Positions 63,079 through 64,000 of a stretch of 64,000 nt of DNA are shown one piece after another. A model generated the notes under the pieces. It made no database searches. It saw only the letters and a list, made by a program, of their open reading frames with translations, and was not told the origin of the DNA. How positions within the stretch are numbered: the first letter of the stretch is position 1; each line of letters starts with the position of its first letter. The stretch is from Saccostrea cucullata (taxonomy: Eukaryota), in the NCBI RefSeq assembly GCF_032062105.1, contig NW_026936003.1, forward strand, positions 434,001-498,000, written 5' to 3'. A program made the position numbers and the translations under genes.

Positions 63079-63695
63079 ATGGTAGCCATATTATTCTGGT
63101 TTGGATTCTATTTACCTGTATCAATTAAAGGTTTGTCATCATGCTTTTTTCTTAAGTTTCAGCCAATGGGATGTACTAGTATTTTTAAATAATTGAAATG
63201 ATTTTATTTAAATAGGTGTATCATTTTAAGAAACACGTGTAATGACAATGTAAAAAATTAAAAGATGAAGGTCCAAATCTATGAAATATATAAGATTTTC
63301 AACAAGGTGGTCAGCTAAGATAAGGGATGTGCTAGTAGCGATGGAAATACTAAGCGCATGTATAGGGGAATAAGGGGGGAAGAGAAATGAATGGATTATT
63401 AACAAGAGGAAAATAAACCCAAATATATAATTGATTTCTGCTGTGTCTCTTCAAAGCACATTGCTGTCTGACTTTTAAATGATCACTGTTACATGTATGG
63501 TTAACGTTGATAGAACAAATCATATTTTTATCAGGTACCAATAATAAAAAAAATAAGTAAGATAATTAAAAGTGGAATTTGTATGGAACAGAGTTTTGTG
63601 TGCTTAATTGTCTTATTTGGTAATTGTTAGGTACATTTTATGTCATTTCCTTCTTTTTTTAGGATCTCCGGCATGTCCAAATGAAGGCCTTTCTG
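63079..63695 (+). CDS. Probable first two exons of a further secreted or membrane protein gene continuing beyond the window
   Basis: 63079-63130 encodes MVAILFWFGFYLPVSIK(G) (signal-peptide-like) followed by GT; 33-nt phase-1 exon 63663-63695 (GSPACPNEGLS) after a strong polypyrimidine-AG. Confidence 0.4.
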
Positions 63696-64000
63696 GTAAT
63701 TATGCTTACAAAGTATTTCTTAAATGCAAATTCTTCTTTCGTGTTCTTATGAAGAAAAAAAGTTGAAATATTTAACAAAATCTACGAAGAGACCTTATGC
63801 TGGTATCTCACAAAATCATTTAGAAAGATGAATTTTCTTAATTACATGTATATCTTAAATGAAAAATTAACATTTACATTGTAATTTATAGAGTTCAAAT
63901 TATTGTGGTTGAAATAAAAATGTAGGCTCGAAGGAATTTGATTTTAATTAATATTGTTGAAGAGTAGTATTATTTTGACTTGAAAAAAATTCTTTCTTGA

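Overview
AT-rich, intron-containing animal DNA, most likely from an oyster or other bivalve (inferred from 166-bp satellite-bearing Helentron-type elements plus C1q-domain and fibrinogen-domain genes). Genes rebuilt by hand from GT-AG junctions: (1) the 3' half of an inter-alpha-trypsin inhibitor heavy-chain-like gene (529-6660, +); (2) a two-exon secreted C1q-domain gene (9220-10000, +); (3) a three-exon PAN/apple-like + mucin-linker + divergent fibrinogen-domain gene (24280-25827, -); (4) a 13-exon, ~4,400-aa type I membrane protein (35716-60925, +) made mostly of overlapping DSL-like 29-aa Cys repeats, including a single 10.8-kb exon with ~28 near-identical 348-bp higher-order repeats; (5) the probable start of another secreted-protein gene (63079 onward). 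Notable mobile DNA: a 7-kb Ngaro-type tyrosine-recombinase retroelement with essentially intact split direct repeats, dead ORFs and an internal array of covarying GATA-N4-TATC palindromes (26169-33214); a 356-bp TRIM whose identical LTRs each contain a full tRNA cloverleaf (34288-34643); plus Helentron-like elements, mariner-like MITEs, SINEs and Penelope-like fragments. All calls come from reading the sequence by eye; no searches were run.
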